A stretch of DNA of 64,000 bases, from contig CM030332.1 in the NCBI GenBank assembly GCA_017654855.1, forward strand, positions 3,596,001 to 3,660,000, in the 5' to 3' direction. Positions 12,361 to 25,346 of this stretch are shown here, one piece after another. Position numbers and translations under genes: made by a program. Source of the DNA: Podospora anserina. Its lineage: Eukaryota. Below the pieces are notes generated by a model, which made no database searches, had not been told where the DNA came from, and saw nothing but the letters and a program-made list of their open reading frames with translations. The first letter of the stretch is position 1; the number at the start of each line of letters is the position of its first letter.

Positions 12361-14268
12361 CTAGAATACCCCACCCCCAATAATAAAAACCCTCGCCTCC
12401 TCCCTCCCAACCCACTTGACCACCCGATTCGCCGCCTCCGTCATCGCTTGCCTGCTCACATTCGGCCCCGCGACGCAGTAAAACTCAAACAAGGGCGTCA
12501 CCCACCCCAAACTGGCGCAGTCCCCGCCCACAGAGTAAATGACCTTGAGGTGGGAGTGTTTCGCGTGCATAGCCGCGTGCAGTGTTTGGTACTGGGACAT
12601 GAGTTTGCGTCTTGCCATCGGGGATGTGAACAACGGGTGGAGCGAGCTCATGACGAACTGGACGTTGGGGCGGGATTTGTAGATGAAGTGGGATATCGGT
12701 GGGGGGTTGCTGCCGGGGAGGATGGAGGATATGGATGGTCGTGGGCTGGCGAGGGATGATCGGATGAGGGAGAGGTGGGTGGATTTGGTGAGGGAGTTGT
12801 ATAGTGAGGTACGGAGGGAGGAGAAGGGGAAGAAGGATTCCCTGTCCGGGGAGATGAGGATGAGGGCGATCTCCTGGGGGGATTCTGGCTGCGGGGGAGG
12901 GGGCGGTGGTGGCTGTGGTGGTGGAGAGCCTTCCTCTGGTATTGTCGGGGTGCTGCTGGAGGTAGGCTTTGTTGTTGATGATGGCTTTGGCTGGGTTTCG
13001 TTGCCGTCTTCGTCGAAGAAGGAGACGTACATGTAGAGGTAGCCGCTGTTGTTGAACGCAGGGAGACAGATAGGGATCCAGGATTCGCCGCCGCCGGATT
13101 TGATGCTGCCTGATTCGAAGAGCATGTTGAAGATCAGTTGGAGGTCGCTGGGGTGGAGGGAGTGTTTTCGTGGGCGGATGACCGAGACGAGTTTTCCGCC
13201 TGCGACTATGAGACCATATAAGAGCTTTTCGGCGCGGTTCTTGAGAAAGATATTGTTGATGGCGTGGCGTTGGGATTTCCGGAGCTTGAGGCATTCCAGT
13301 GCCCCGAGAAGAGCGGTGGGGGAGCCTTTGGTGAAGCTATCGGCGAGTGAGGATAATAGCGTTTCCGTTCCCTCCAGAGGCTTTCTCAGATCGGTGGAGG
13401 GACGGTGGACAAATATGTTTTTGAGGGTGGGAAGAGTCAAGGTTGAAAGAATTTGCATGTACAGAGCCTCGAGCTGGCCTCGCAGTTGAGAATCGCTTTC
13501 TCCAAGTTTGCTGATGGCCACAAAGTAGAGTGGCCCAGCAGTCAAAACGACAAAGCGTGCCTTGCCAGCGGTAAAGCCCATGAGCGGATCTTTGGCTCCT
13601 TCGTAAAACGATATAATGGTCTGTATGACGCCCATGGATGAGTTGATCAGACTTAAATCACCGTGTCGACTCCATATTGGTTTTCCGGCAGACGACAAAA
13701 TCAGATAGTGCTTCATCTTGGACTGCCACATGGACAGCCTCACGTCGTCGGTCAAGTTTTCTGGGATGTTGTCAAATTCTTTCTCGAATCCAGACAGTTC
13801 ACTAGAGTCACCAGACTCAATGGCTTCGAAGGGCTGGACAGTTTCTGACTGAGATCGCAAAAGGTTCCAAGCGCGGCTCTTCCTGTTAAACTCGCCGGCT
13901 ACGAGGCTGGCAAGATCGCCAGGGGCACGAACTGTGGGCGCGAGGCTCATGACACTCATGGAATCGGTGAGATTGTCGCCTGATGAATCTCGCGACGGGG
14001 TTCCATATCCGCTGTTTAGTGGTGAAGGCCCGCTTCCCACCGAAGGCGTTGGGAATGTTCCCCTGGTTCCATCTGGGAAAGAGAGGGTTGAGATGTCGAT
14101 TGACGAGACCGCTGTCGTCGGCTTTGACTGTAACTGTCCTCCTACTTGCAGTGGTGCTTCGCCCGATACCTTTCGGCGAGGGGGTAGTGGCGGCGGCGGC
14201 GGCGATGGTGATGGTGATGGTGGTGATGGCGATGAGACAGCATTGCCCTCCTCTGTTTCTTGAGCCAT
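12361..14268 (-). CDS. MON1: Vacuolar fusion protein Mon1 (Mon1-Ccz1 Rab7 GEF subunit), intronless, about 635 aa
   Basis: [39 protein letters not shown]-like [36 protein letters not shown] and C-terminal [20 protein letters not shown] match Mon1/SAND. The first in-frame ATG is 14268; the ORF-track start at 14418 is GTG. Confidence 0.93.
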   Translation of the reverse strand: MAQETEEGNAVSSPSPPSPSPSPPPPPLPPRRKVSGEAPLQVGGQLQSKPTTAVSSIDISTLSFPDGTRGTFPTPSVGSGPSPLNSGYGTPSRDSSGDNLTDSMSVMSLAPTVRAPGDLASLVAGEFNRKSRAWNLLRSQSETVQPFEAIESGDSSELSGFEKEFDNIPENLTDDVRLSMWQSKMKHYLILSSAGKPIWSRHGDLSLINSSMGVIQTIISFYEGAKDPLMGFTAGKARFVVLTAGPLYFVAISKLGESDSQLRGQLEALYMQILSTLTLPTLKNIFVHRPSTDLRKPLEGTETLLSSLADSFTKGSPTALLGALECLKLRKSQRHAINNIFLKNRAEKLLYGLIVAGGKLVSVIRPRKHSLHPSDLQLIFNMLFESGSIKSGGGESWIPICLPAFNNSGYLYMYVSFFDEDGNETQPKPSSTTKPTSSSTPTIPEEGSPPPQPPPPPPPQPESPQEIALILISPDRESFFPFSSLRTSLYNSLTKSTHLSLIRSSLASPRPSISSILPGSNPPPISHFIYKSRPNVQFVMSSLHPLFTSPMARRKLMSQYQTLHAAMHAKHSHLKVIYSVGGDCASLGWVTPLFEFYCVAGPNVSRQAMTEAANRVVKWVGREEARVFIIGGGVF

Positions 14269-14773
14269 TATCCTCCCGCTCGTGTATGTGGCCGATGGAA
14301 CATCAACAATGCCTCTCTCATGATAATCCTCCTGGCGCTGCAACCAGGAAGATGTCTCTTGACGCCGTGTCGCGCTAGGATGGTAGGACGTTGGACATCT
14401 GGGGACAATGCTTGACACTATGGGAGATGGGGCCGAATGACGACAGCGGAGAGAGGTCGCATGGCCGCTAATGCAACGCCAAGATGACAGGCATGGCCGA
14501 TAAGATAGCGTCTCAGCCTTGCTGATACGCTGTAGCTAGGGTCAAGCTCCCGGGTGATACGCCAAGCACAGGTGCTGACGTTGCCGGATTGGTGGGCTTC
14601 AGGCAACACAAAGCAACTGCACGCCGTGATCTCGTACCTGACACCGAGGCCACGCAGTACATTGCCCTGCCCTGCGCGGATAGCTCTACTTCACCATACC
14701 GACCGGAACACACGCCGGCAATGAATCAACCATAGTGCACACTACACACCAGGGAACACCCCGAGATATTCCA

Positions 14774-17700
14774 ATGGCGGCAGAAAACGGTCGCCGCTCC
14801 GTCTCCCCCGAGAGCTCTGGCCGCGATTCGCCAGTGCCGCGACAGTGGAGGAACCAGCTGGGGAGTGGTACATATATCTCGAGGAACACATCTAGTTGAA
14901 GCTCAGATTGCTAATGATGCCAAACCCCCGCTTGCAGAAGATGCGCCGCCGAAAGACAAACACTACCGCAAGTACGCCAATGGCATCGACCGAGCCCTCT
15001 CCCTCTTCGAGACGGCCCTGCAGGAATGGGCCGACTACATCTCATTCCTCAACCGCCTGCTCAAGGTGCGAATACCATGATTAAAACCTACAATAATATC
15101 TGGGACCGTCACTCATTTGCGACAACAGGCTCTCCAAGCACGATCCTCAAGCATCACCACCATCCCCGCCAAGGCCACCGTAGCAAAGCGTCTGTCGCAA
15201 TGTCTGAACCCCTCGCTGCCCTCGGGCGTACACCAAAAGGCCCTCGAGGTCTACAACTACGTCTTTACTGTAATGGGTAAAGATGGCCTGTCAAAAGACC
15301 TCCCGTTGTACCTCCCCGGCCTGGCCTCGGTCCTCTCGTTCGCTTCGCTTTCCGTTCGTGCCCCGTTCCTTGACCTCCTCGAGCGCCACTTTCTGCATGT
15401 CCACCCTCGTTCGTTACGCCCCGCCATGAAATCAATTGTGCTGGCACTATTACCTGGCCTGGAGGAGGAAACCAGCGAGGACTTTGAGAGGACTTTGAAG
15501 CTACTAGAGCGCTTCAAGGTCGCGATTCGTCCGCCTGAAAGTCAGGCAATCACACCGGCGCATTCCACCGGCGATGACTTCTTCTGGCAGTGCTTCTTCC
15601 TAGCATCCATCACGGGCCACAGCAGGAGGACCGGCGCACTGGCATACTTGTCGCGCCTGCTCCCAAGACTGGGCACCTCAGTAACACCTGAAGCGAACAA
15701 GTCCGAAGGTGACTCTGAATCGGCAGCAAAGCTCTCTCAGCTTGTCACATCTCCTGAGCCAGGGTTGCTTATACGCTGCTTTGCTGCTGGGCTAGTTGAC
15801 GACCAATTATTGATCCAGCGTGGCTATTTGGACCTACTTGTAACGCATCTCCCGCTGCACTCAGAGGTACTTCAGAAACGTGCCAAGGCTGGCGATTTGG
15901 AGCTGCTTCTCCGCGCGGCTGTCGGGGTTACCGTTCGGAGGGATATGAGCTTGAACAGGCGGTTATGGTCATGGCTCCTGGGACCCGAGCCAGCGGCTTC
16001 GGCTGAGCATGAAGGCGCCCTCGACTCACCTACTTCGGCCACAACCCAGCCTCACTTCTTCTCCTCGAGAACAAATTACTTTGAAGAATATGGCTTGCAG
16101 CCTCTTACACGGGCCCTGCTGAGCATGGTCAAGTCGGAAGCTGGGAATAACCCGAGCGAGAGGGCACGGCCATACCGGATATGCCTCTCCCTGATGGATC
16201 GATGGGAGATTGGCGGCTTGGTTGTTCCTGAAGTCTTCATGTCCATTGTGGACAGCGTCAAGCGGTTCAAGGAGAAAGCAGCTACAAAGACGGACTTCAC
16301 CGAGGTCCTGAGAAGCGCCAGTGTCTTCTTTGATGGTGTCGAGAGCGGCCTGATTTACAGCGAAATGCTGTCGCTCATGGTCCAAGCCATCAGTCCCGGA
16401 GACCTTTCGGCTGCCGATCGACGTGCAAAGTTGGACCTCGTCAAATTCATTCTGGCCCATTTTAACGTCAGAGAGGAGGAGATGATCACCATCCACGCGC
16501 CTCTCACCGTCCTGGCCATCTTGGGCATGATAGAGGAAGCCAAAGAAAAGAACAGGAGCACATACGAACAGGCCTTGGAAATTGCGGCAAGCTTGCTTGA
16601 TCTGGTTCCCGAGCGGGCGTTTTTCATGGACTCGGGGAACAAGTCCAACCCGGCCATCGAGTCCAAAGTCCTCGCTGCCACCCCTAATCTGGAACTCCTA
16701 CAAAAGATCAAGACTTTTTATGTCACCGACCAGGGCAACCTCGAAGCGAGCCAGCCTCCTTACGTTTCCCACAACGTGGCAGAGCTCCTCTTGCAAAAAG
16801 CATGCGACCTCGTGTGTGAGGGCCTCGGCCAGACCGAGTCGGGGGCGAACGTGGCCATCAAAACCCGGGTGTTCATGCTGGTATTATCTAAAGCACCTAC
16901 AAACCTGCTTCTTGACACCAAGAAACTGCTCGCCGCTCTACATGACTGCCTGTCTGTCGAGACGACAGTGGCCTTTACCACATATTCTTCCGTGATCTCG
17001 CTATCATCGCATCTTTATACTCTAGGTCGCATCTCGCCCGACGACCTCTCGGGCCTCGTCGTGCCTCTGGTGCGACACGCCTGGAGCTTCCTGGCAGCAT
17101 CTGAGCCGAAATACCACGTCGAGACGGTTCGCAGCCTGTGGTTGCTGCAGACTGCTCTGACGCCCCTGAACCGAGAAATCGAAGCAGCTATTTGCTCGCT
17201 CATGCTTGAGCATGATATTTCTGGCACGTATGCCCAACGGTCGGCGGATCCTGGCCGCAGTTTCTGTGTGCTCTGGTCTCATAGTCTTCAGGACAATCCT
17301 TCCGGGGTGGATCGAAGGGCGCCGAAGACGCCAAATGGCGAGAAGATTCCCCGGCTGGGGGGCATGGACAACTATGAGGTCATGCTCACGAGGCCGTTGT
17401 TTCTGATGCTGGATTCTCTTGCGGATGAGAGGACGCAGCTTTTTATGACGGTGAAGACGTGGCTCAATACTCTTATTGGGATGGACAAGTAAGTCAGCTC
17501 TGTCCTCAGGTATGGAACAAGACTGACGAATTATTATTAGGTTGTTGGGCATCTTTGTCTCCAAATTTGCAGAACTTCCATTCCTCAGGCGACAGCACGC
17601 GGATCCTCAAGATGTTCATTTCACTAATGAAGATGATCTGGACTTGGGGCTGTATTATGTTCGTTCTCTATCAAGTGTCTTGCGGTGGGCACCCGACGCT

Positions 17701-20642
17701 GCCTGGGGAGTTCTCTCCAAGAGGACAATCAGGTCCAGCCAACCGGTTGCTGAAATAGGTAAGCCCTGATACCAACAGGTTGACGCTCGAAGTCTTTTTT
17801 CTAATTGCGTACAGCTGGCACGGAGGAGGACGTGACACTGCAGGAGTTTTTCCTACACGTCTGTCTTCAATGCATGGCGTGCGACGAGATTCCAGGAGAC
17901 CAGCTGTCCAAGGTCAGGATCGCGCAATTGTACCGCGCCGCCCTGACGGTCCTGCATCAAATCCTCCTCAACCCCTTCGCGGGCCCTCTTTCCAAGCTCA
18001 AGCTGGAGCACCTTCTCATCGACAAGCTCTCCAAATCGCTCACGGGACCCGACCCCTACGTCCAAGTTCTCCTGCTCGACGTCGTCTTTGCCGCCCTCAA
18101 GCTCCGCGAGCTTGTTCCCGTCGAGCTTCCCACATCCCCCGTTGCCGAAAAGCAGTTGTCACCGACCGGCGAGAGAAGCAAGAGCTTCAGAATATCGGTT
18201 GCAAACGAAAGACCACAGGCCCAGCTGCCACCGCCACCGCCGACGTTGCTTCGATGCATCCTGGCCGGCCTCGGCTCACCAAGCAGCCGTCCCGTGCTCG
18301 ACAGCTGGGTCAGTTTCCTCAGTGAGTGCCTGCCTCTGTACGCCGACTCCATCTTTCAGGTCTTGATACCCCTGGTGGAGACGCTCTGCAGCCAAATCAG
18401 CAGCACCTTTAGCAATCTTCAACACCTCTTCCGGACACCCGACCAGGCGCCGTCGCAAGCGCCAGGTGCTCCCGAGACCACGCTTATCTCTCTCCTCAAC
18501 GGTCTTGAGCAGGTTCTGGCCAACGGACACGACAGGCTGCTGGCTGAAGAGGCCAGAGCACAGGTTGTCAAGAGCCCGGAACAGCCTCAGGGCTTCTTTG
18601 GGAACATGGGTCTGAGCGTTTTCTCCAATGACGCCCCGCAGTCGCGCAGCGTGACGGCAAACGACAGGCTTACCGTTTTGCTTGCCTTTCAGGATGCCGT
18701 CCGCATCTGCTTTGCGATCTGGTCGTGGGGTCAGGGGAGCGACGCGGCGAGGCAGGACAGCACCTCTGCTGCCTCGTTTGGGTTCACCTCGCTGCGTATG
18801 AGGAACCGGGCGCGGAGGTTGCTAGAACATCTCTTTGCTGCCGAGACGCTCGAGTGTTTGGAAACCGTGATTGGGATATGGAAGGACGCTCTCGACAGCC
18901 CGGATCAGTCGAGCCATGTAGAGGTTTTTAATCTCCTGCCTGCGCTGGATGGGTCAAGACCGAAGCACACCGTTCCGGCGTTGTTTAATGCCATCTACAG
19001 CAGGACCAACCCCGGGGCGCTGGATCCGTCGAGGAGGTCGACGCTGACGATTGAGCTGCAGGATACGGATGTGGTGATCTTCCTGGTGGACTACACGCGG
19101 TCGTTGGAGGACGACACGATGGATGAGATTTGGGGGGACTGCACGGCCTTTTTGAAGGATTTGCTTGGGAACCCGTTTCCGCACAGGCAGACGCTGCCGA
19201 GCTTGCTCGAGTTTGCGGCTGTGCTGGGGGAGAAGGTGGATAATACCAATTTTGGGGAGCAGAGGAAGATGAGGAGGGAGCTGGCCGATCTTTTTCTCAG
19301 GTTGCTCACGGCTATTTTCACGACGAGGCCGACGAGCTTCACGGAGAGCAGCGGCACGGTTTCTCTTTCCGGCGCGGTGTCGGAGAAGCGGGCGAGCGAG
19401 TCGTTGTCGTTGCCGTTGTCGTTGTCGACGGTGAATAGGCTTCCCGGAGACCGGGCGGATGACGTGGTGGGGATACTGGCGGGGATTGTGCCGAACCTGG
19501 CCAAGATTCTGGTTGAGAATGATCGGATTCTGCAGGCGGCGAACGCGATCAGCGCGAATGTCATTGGGCCGACGCTGAGGTCGAAGGCGTTTCCTGATAC
19601 TGTTTCGGGGAGCACGCTTGTTTTGCTGCACGAGTTGGCGAGGTTGCCGAATAATCAGAAGGGGTGGAAGAAGGATGTTGCGGATGCGTTTAATGACTCG
19701 AGGTTTTTTGGGTCGAATCTGGGACTGGTGCAGAGCGGGTGGTTGCCGCTTTTGAGCCAGTGGGCTGTCGCGGATAAGGAGCGGATGCCGGAGGTTTTGT
19801 CACGGATCACGCCGCCGACGACGGCGGGGATTGTTTTCGGGGTTGGGGCGACGTCTGCGAGGTTGGAGGCGGACAGGAAGACTCAGCTGAACCTTCGGAG
19901 GGTGGCTGCTCTTATTTTGGCGTGTCCGTACGATGCGTTTGCTGCTGAGTTGGGGCCTGTGCTGGAGAAGTTGGTGGAGTTGCTTGGTGCGACGTCTACG
20001 TCGTCGCCTTCGTCGACGACGAGGGCGGAGGTGTACATGGTTTTTCGGGCGTTGGTGCTCAGGATTAGTCCGGTGCACCTGGCGGGCATGTGGCCTGTTA
20101 TCAACGCCGAGCTGCACCAGGCCATCTCTTCGGTTGTGGCGCCGGATCACTCCCCGCTGGCGGACACGTACAACAATGCTAGTGTCCTACAGGCGTGCAA
20201 GCTTTTGGATCTGTTTGTTTGTCTGGCGCCGGATGACTTTCAGCTGCATGAGTGGCTTTTTGTGACGGATACGATTGATGCGGTGTACCGCCCGGCTGGG
20301 GGGTATAAGCCGGTGGCCTTGGTTGATGAGGTGAGTGAGGAATTAGGGGCGTCTGGGGGGGCAGCGGCGGCGGCGACGGGAGTGGTGGAGGAGATAGGGG
20401 GGGTTGGGTCGGGAGGGGGGGTGAGGAGGCCGCTGTTGGGAGGAGTGATTAGTTGTGATGATGGGAGTTTGTTGGAGAGGAGGGATGAATTGGTAGCTAG
20501 GGTGTTGAGGCCGTTTTTTGGCCAGCTGAGCATTTGGGCTTTTGAGAGCAGGTATGCTATGGGAAGGGTGGAGGTGGGAGGGTTGGAGGGGGGGTTGGTG
20601 AGGGATGTTTTTTGGGAGGGGAGTGTGGTCAGGGCCTTGTAG
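14774..20642 (+). CDS. DOP1: Dopey/DopA Golgi-endosome trafficking protein; join(14774..14867,14938..15065,15129..17488,17541..17758,17815..20642), about 1875 aa
   Basis: Dopey N-terminal motifs EWADYISFLNRLLK, KRLSQCLNPSLPSGVHQKALEVY and RRDMSLNRRLWSWLLG, plus C-terminal LLDLFVCLAPDDFQLHEWLFV. Four canonical introns (70, 63, 52, 56 nt) keep the frame. Confidence 0.93.
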
Positions 20643-22420
20643 GGGTGACGTTGTGTGGTAGTGTATGGTAGAGGAAAGCTTCGGAAAGCTGAAAATGTTG
20701 TATGATGTTGGAGAGAATGCCGGTCCCGATTAGGAAGGATGTTTTGATTTACTTGGGACGTCGAGTTCATCGCCAAGTCTGATGCTTGGCGGGACTATCG
20801 TGTTATCTGGGGGTTTATCGTGGAGTGAGGGGCTGAAGGAGAGGGGCTCAGCTACGGTATTGTTGAACAGTTCACAATGACACACTTCAGTGTCTCTACA
20901 TCAACATAAAAACTTGTTTCTCATATCTGATCCGTAATGATTTTTTTTCCCGGAAAAAGATCAAGCGAGTTTGCCTGTCTGGTCCAGTAATAAAGGTGTC
21001 CACTGCGTTGAGAGGGTATCAAACCAATCAACAAGACACGGACCGTAAAGCCCCTTGAGGCTCGTTCCGGAACGGCGGCTCAACGGCCAGTTCCCACTGA
21101 CACCCTCCCCACTCAGAAGCGAACTCGATGTTGAAGAGTGGCCAAATGCCGTGTTGGATGTATCGAGCTGTGCGGCAGGGAGCGGTTGGTAGATCTGTCC
21201 TCGCCCGTTTCAGGCGGGCTTCAATGGGATCAGGGAGTGTAACAGGGCGTATGCCATATAGGGTGAGGATTCGCGGAGATATCTGTCCTCGGATCCCCAT
21301 GGAGAGTGAGCAGCGAAACGGTCGGGAGAAATATGCTCCCGGGGGCTTATCAAGCATTTGATTCGGGATCTGCTTCCGTCTGATACAGAGTTAACGGCGC
21401 CGGCTAAGACGGAGCGGCGGCCTGTTTCAATGGGATTCGTGGCAACTTCTTCACGAGGTGCCGCCGTTGGATGCCAAAGTGCGAAGGCAACAGCATTTTT
21501 GCCAATGGGGGCAGGGGACGGGAAGGGCGGGCGAGGGGCAAATGGACCCTGAGCTGAGGCATCTGGTTGTCTGTCTGTCTTCTGTGTGGGGTAGTAGACC
21601 AACCACCTGCTTGGCGTACCTGTTACGGGATATGGGACTACAACCAACTGTTACGCTGGATATTGGGAGTGATCGTCCTGCATTTAGGTAGGTAGGGTGG
21701 GTTGGTTTCCTTATCGTGAAGAGTGCATGCTGATTTGCAGAATTGTTAGCGAGGAAGTTTTGTGGAAGTGTCAGCTCTTTGTTTGAACAATCTGAAAACT
21801 GTCTTCATCTGATTCAGACTTCGGCATAGCGGAGACCCTAGGCTCTCGAGGTTACAGTTGCTCCCCCTCGTGTATAAGCGCTACAGCATCACAAGGCTCT
21901 ATTTTGTGGAGAAGTGCCCCCCGACGGTTGGCGAGGCATTGATCAATTCAGCCCTGGTTAATGGGCCCCACCTTTTCCCCATTGGGGACCAAGGCGGCGA
22001 ATGGCGGGGGCCAAGGTTGCCGGAGCTTGCAGCTGTCCGTGGAAAAGACACCTGTTCTCTGGAGCAACGACCCCAGGAGCAATCGAACAGCCTCCGAGAT
22101 ACAAGAAGCCGGCCTCCATTCACTTCAGAGCCCTCTGGGAGATACTTCTCTTTTGCTCCAAGCAATTCACTCCCTCCAGAGAGCCCTTCCCCTTCCCCAC
22201 ATATACCTTATTCCGCCGGTATCTTTCTGTATAGGGTCTCTGTCCATTCAAACGCCAGCTGATAACCCCCCACCTGTCCTCTTCTGCCTTTAAATAGTCC
22301 AGAGTAAGATCTCTTCCTTCTCCAACCGTGTCACCGCCACTCTTTTTCCCGCAGCCGACTGACCTGTCCTCCCCTCTCCTCCGCAGAACACCACACAGGA
22401 CATCCACACAACACATCACA

Positions 22421-24011
22421 ATGCAGAAGGTTCACAGAATCGCCCTCGGCCTCCTCGCCGCCGCGGCCATCGCCACTGCTTCCGACGTTGTCCAGCTCAA
22501 GAAGGACACCTTCGACGACTTTGTCAAGGCCAACGACCTCGTCCTTGCTGAGTGTAAGTGTCAATGGCCTCTGTCCGTATTCTAGAGGAAAACCAGCTGA
22601 CCTCCCCCGTCCTGCAGTCTTCGCCCCGTGGTGCGGCCACTGCAAGGCCCTCGCCCCAGAGTACGAGGAGGCTGCCACGACGCTGAAGGAGAAGAACATC
22701 AAGCTCGCCAAGATCGACTGCACAGAAGAGACGGAGCTCTGCCAACAACACGGCGTTGAGGGTTACCCCACCCTCAAGGTCTTCCGCGGCCTCGACAATG
22801 TCGGCCCCTACAAGGGTCAGCGCAAGGCTGGTGCCATCACCTCCTACATGATCAAGCAGTCCCTCCCCGCTGTGTCCGACGTCACCAAGGACACTCTGGA
22901 GGAGTTCAAGAAGGCCGACAAGGTCGTCATCGTCGCCTACGTCGACGCCGCCGACAAGGCCTCCAGCGAGGCTTTCTCTGCCGTCGCTGAGAAGCTCCGC
23001 GACGACTACCCCTTCGGTGTCAGCACCGATGCCGCTCTCGCCGAGGCTGAGGGCGTCAAGGCCCCCGCCGTCGTTGTCTACAAGGACTTTGACGAGGGCA
23101 AGTCCGTCTTCACCGAGAGGTTCGAGGCTGAGGCCATCCAGAAGTTCGCCAAGACGGCCGCCACTCCCCTCATCGGCGAGATCGGCCCCGAGACCTACTC
23201 CGACTACATGTCGGCCGGCCTTCCCCTTGCCTACATCTTCGCCGAGACGGCCGAGGAGCGCAAGGAGATCAGCGAGAAGCTCAAGCCCATCGCCGAGGCC
23301 CAGCGTGGTGTTGTCAACTTTGGCACCATCGACGCCAAGGCCTATGGTGCCCACGCTGGCAACCTCAACCTCAAGACCGACAAGTTCCCCGCCTTCGCCA
23401 TCCAGGAGACGGCCAAGAACCAGAAGTTCCCCTTCGACCAGGAGAAGGAGATCACCCTCGAGGCCATCAAGACTTTCGTCGACGACTTTGTCGCCGGCAA
23501 GGTCGAGCCTAGCATCAAGTCTGAGCCCATCCCCGAGAAGCAGGAGGGCCCCGTCACGGTTGTTGTTGCCAAGAGCTACAACGACATTGTCCTTGACGAC
23601 ACCAAGGATGTCCTGATCGAGTTCTACGCCCCGTGGTGCGGTCACTGCAAGTCCCTTGCTCCCAAGTACGACGAGCTCGCCAGCCTCTACGCCAAGAGCG
23701 AGTTCAAGGACAAGGTTGTCATTGCCAAGGTTGATGCCACTGCCAACGACGTTCCCGATGAGATTCAGGGCTTCCCCACCATCAAGCTCTACCCCGCCGG
23801 CGCCAAGAACGAGCCCGTCACCTACTCTGGCTCCCGCACCGTTGATGACCTTATCAAGTTCGTTGCCGAGAACGGCAAGTACAAGGCTTCCGTCTCTGAG
23901 GAGGCTGAGGAGCCATCAGCTGCGCCCGCCGCTTCTGAGGAGGCCAGCTCTGCCGAGCCCGCGGCCGAGACCAAGGAGGCTGCCAAGGAGGCCGACCACG
24001 ACGAGCTCTAG
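22421..24011 (+). CDS. PDI1: Protein disulfide-isomerase; join(22421..22553,22618..24011), 508 aa
   Basis: Signal peptide, two APWCGHC thioredoxin active sites, C-terminal HDEL and strong codon bias. One 64-nt intron, GTAAGT..GCTGAC..CAG. Confidence 0.97.
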
Positions 24012-24640
24012 AAGAGGAGCGGATTCTTGTATTTTAAGCATTTCTTACGGGGTTATCAGGGACAATGGGTGGAATGACACGCCTGGGATTTTCTGGGGAC
24101 TGGGAGCAACCAAAATACCTATACCTTTGTGCATCTGGTTAATGAAATTGAAGTTATGATGAATACATGGTTTTTTCTTTCTTTTTTTCCTTTCTCGCTG
24201 AACCATGATGATGATGATTATGATTATAATGATGATGGTGATGATGTTGCCACCCCCTTGTTTGTCTCTCTCGTCTCTGTATCATCAGGGCCACGTTCAG
24301 TCGTTTCTGGTCAAATAATAAAGTAAAATTGTGCCGTTCCTGACCGCCTGACGAGATCCCGGAATGTGGGGTCATGATTGGCCGACCTTGCATGTCCCGC
24401 ATGCCAGACCCCGGCCGGTCCAGATTCCCCCATCCCAAGTTTGGTCTCACTGACACCTCAGCCTGACCCGACTATTCCGCCGGCTACCGTACCGCCACGT
24501 TCCTGCGCCCTCCCTGCCTGGAAGTTTTTATTACTTTTTGGCTTATTAGCCCCTGGGGAATTTTTCTCTCTCTCTCTCTCTCTTTTTGCTTCTGCAGACA
24601 CAAACCCCCTCTAACAGTCACAGTCTACCTACTACTATCC

Positions 24641-24676
24641 CGAACGAAACGAACGAACGAACGAACGAACGAACGA
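24641..24676. repeat. (GAAC)n tetranucleotide microsatellite immediately upstream of ATG 24683
   Basis: CGAACGAAACGAACGAACGAACGAACGAACGAACGA read directly. Confidence 0.9.
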
Positions 24677-24682
24677 CGCACG

Positions 24683-25346
24683 ATGGCCACCACCTCTAGG
24701 ATTTTGACCCGAGCTTTGCCTGCTCTGCGCATGATGAGCACGACGGCTGTCAGGAGGGACGCGGCCGTTGCCGGGGCGGTTCCCCTGCCCGCGAGGAAGC
24801 CCGTTGGGGCGTTGAGAGGAGGGTGAGTTTTTAATTCCTGGGGGAGGGGTGAAGGGGGATGGGGGATGTGGGCTAATGATGGTGATGGACAGGCTCTTTG
24901 GCTTCTTCTTCGGCAGCACCTTGGCTGGCGCGGGCGTGTACTATTACGCCGTGCAGGAGTACAAGGCTTCGAACGAGCTGCTGACTGAGGATATTTACGT
25001 GCGTGTTTGCATTTGATTCTTCTGCACTCTTTGTTTTGAACTTTTTCGAATTTTTATTTTTTTGAATATTTTGGACTGCTGGAGGGGGTTTTTCCAACAG
25101 TTTTGATACACGACTTTACACCGGGAGAGAACACCAAAACAAAAAAAAAAAAAAAAAAAAAAAAAAAAGAAAGACTAGATTTCTAGACTTTGCTTTTTCT
25201 AGATGGAGTGATAGAAGGAGAGGAGTGATTGGGCATTTTTGACTGACGACTGGGGACAGACTCTGCAGCGTTCGGTGGAGAGGTTGAGCGAGTATATCAC
25301 TGCGATGGAGCAAAAGATGGAGTTGTTGGAGAAGAAAAAGAGGTAA
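24683..25346 (+). CDS. Small putative mitochondrial single-TM/coiled-coil protein; join(24683..24822,24893..24998,25260..25346), 110 aa
   Basis: Not in the ORF track. Spliced product: MATTSRILTRALPALRMMSTTAVRRDAAVAGAVPLPARKPVGALRGGLFGFFFGSTLAGAGVYYYAVQEYKASNELLTEDIYTLQRSVERLSEYITAMEQKMELLEKKKR. Introns are GTGAGT..GCTAAT..CAG (70 nt) and GTGCGT..ACTGAC..CAG (261 nt). Total 333 nt, no internal stop. Confidence 0.85.

Noticed and set aside
14269..14418. GTG-initiated N-terminal extension of MON1, and similar ORF-track extensions of NOP14, the RED-like gene and AMS1
   Set aside because: These come from bacterial-style start calling. They are short enough to arise by chance, unlike the 176-codon pro1 case.
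22524..23645. 373-aa antisense ORF over PDI1, and similar ones over RPP0 (52297-53113), KEL3, REV1 and AMS1
   Set aside because: Expected from strong codon bias or C/G skew; they show no independent coding signature.
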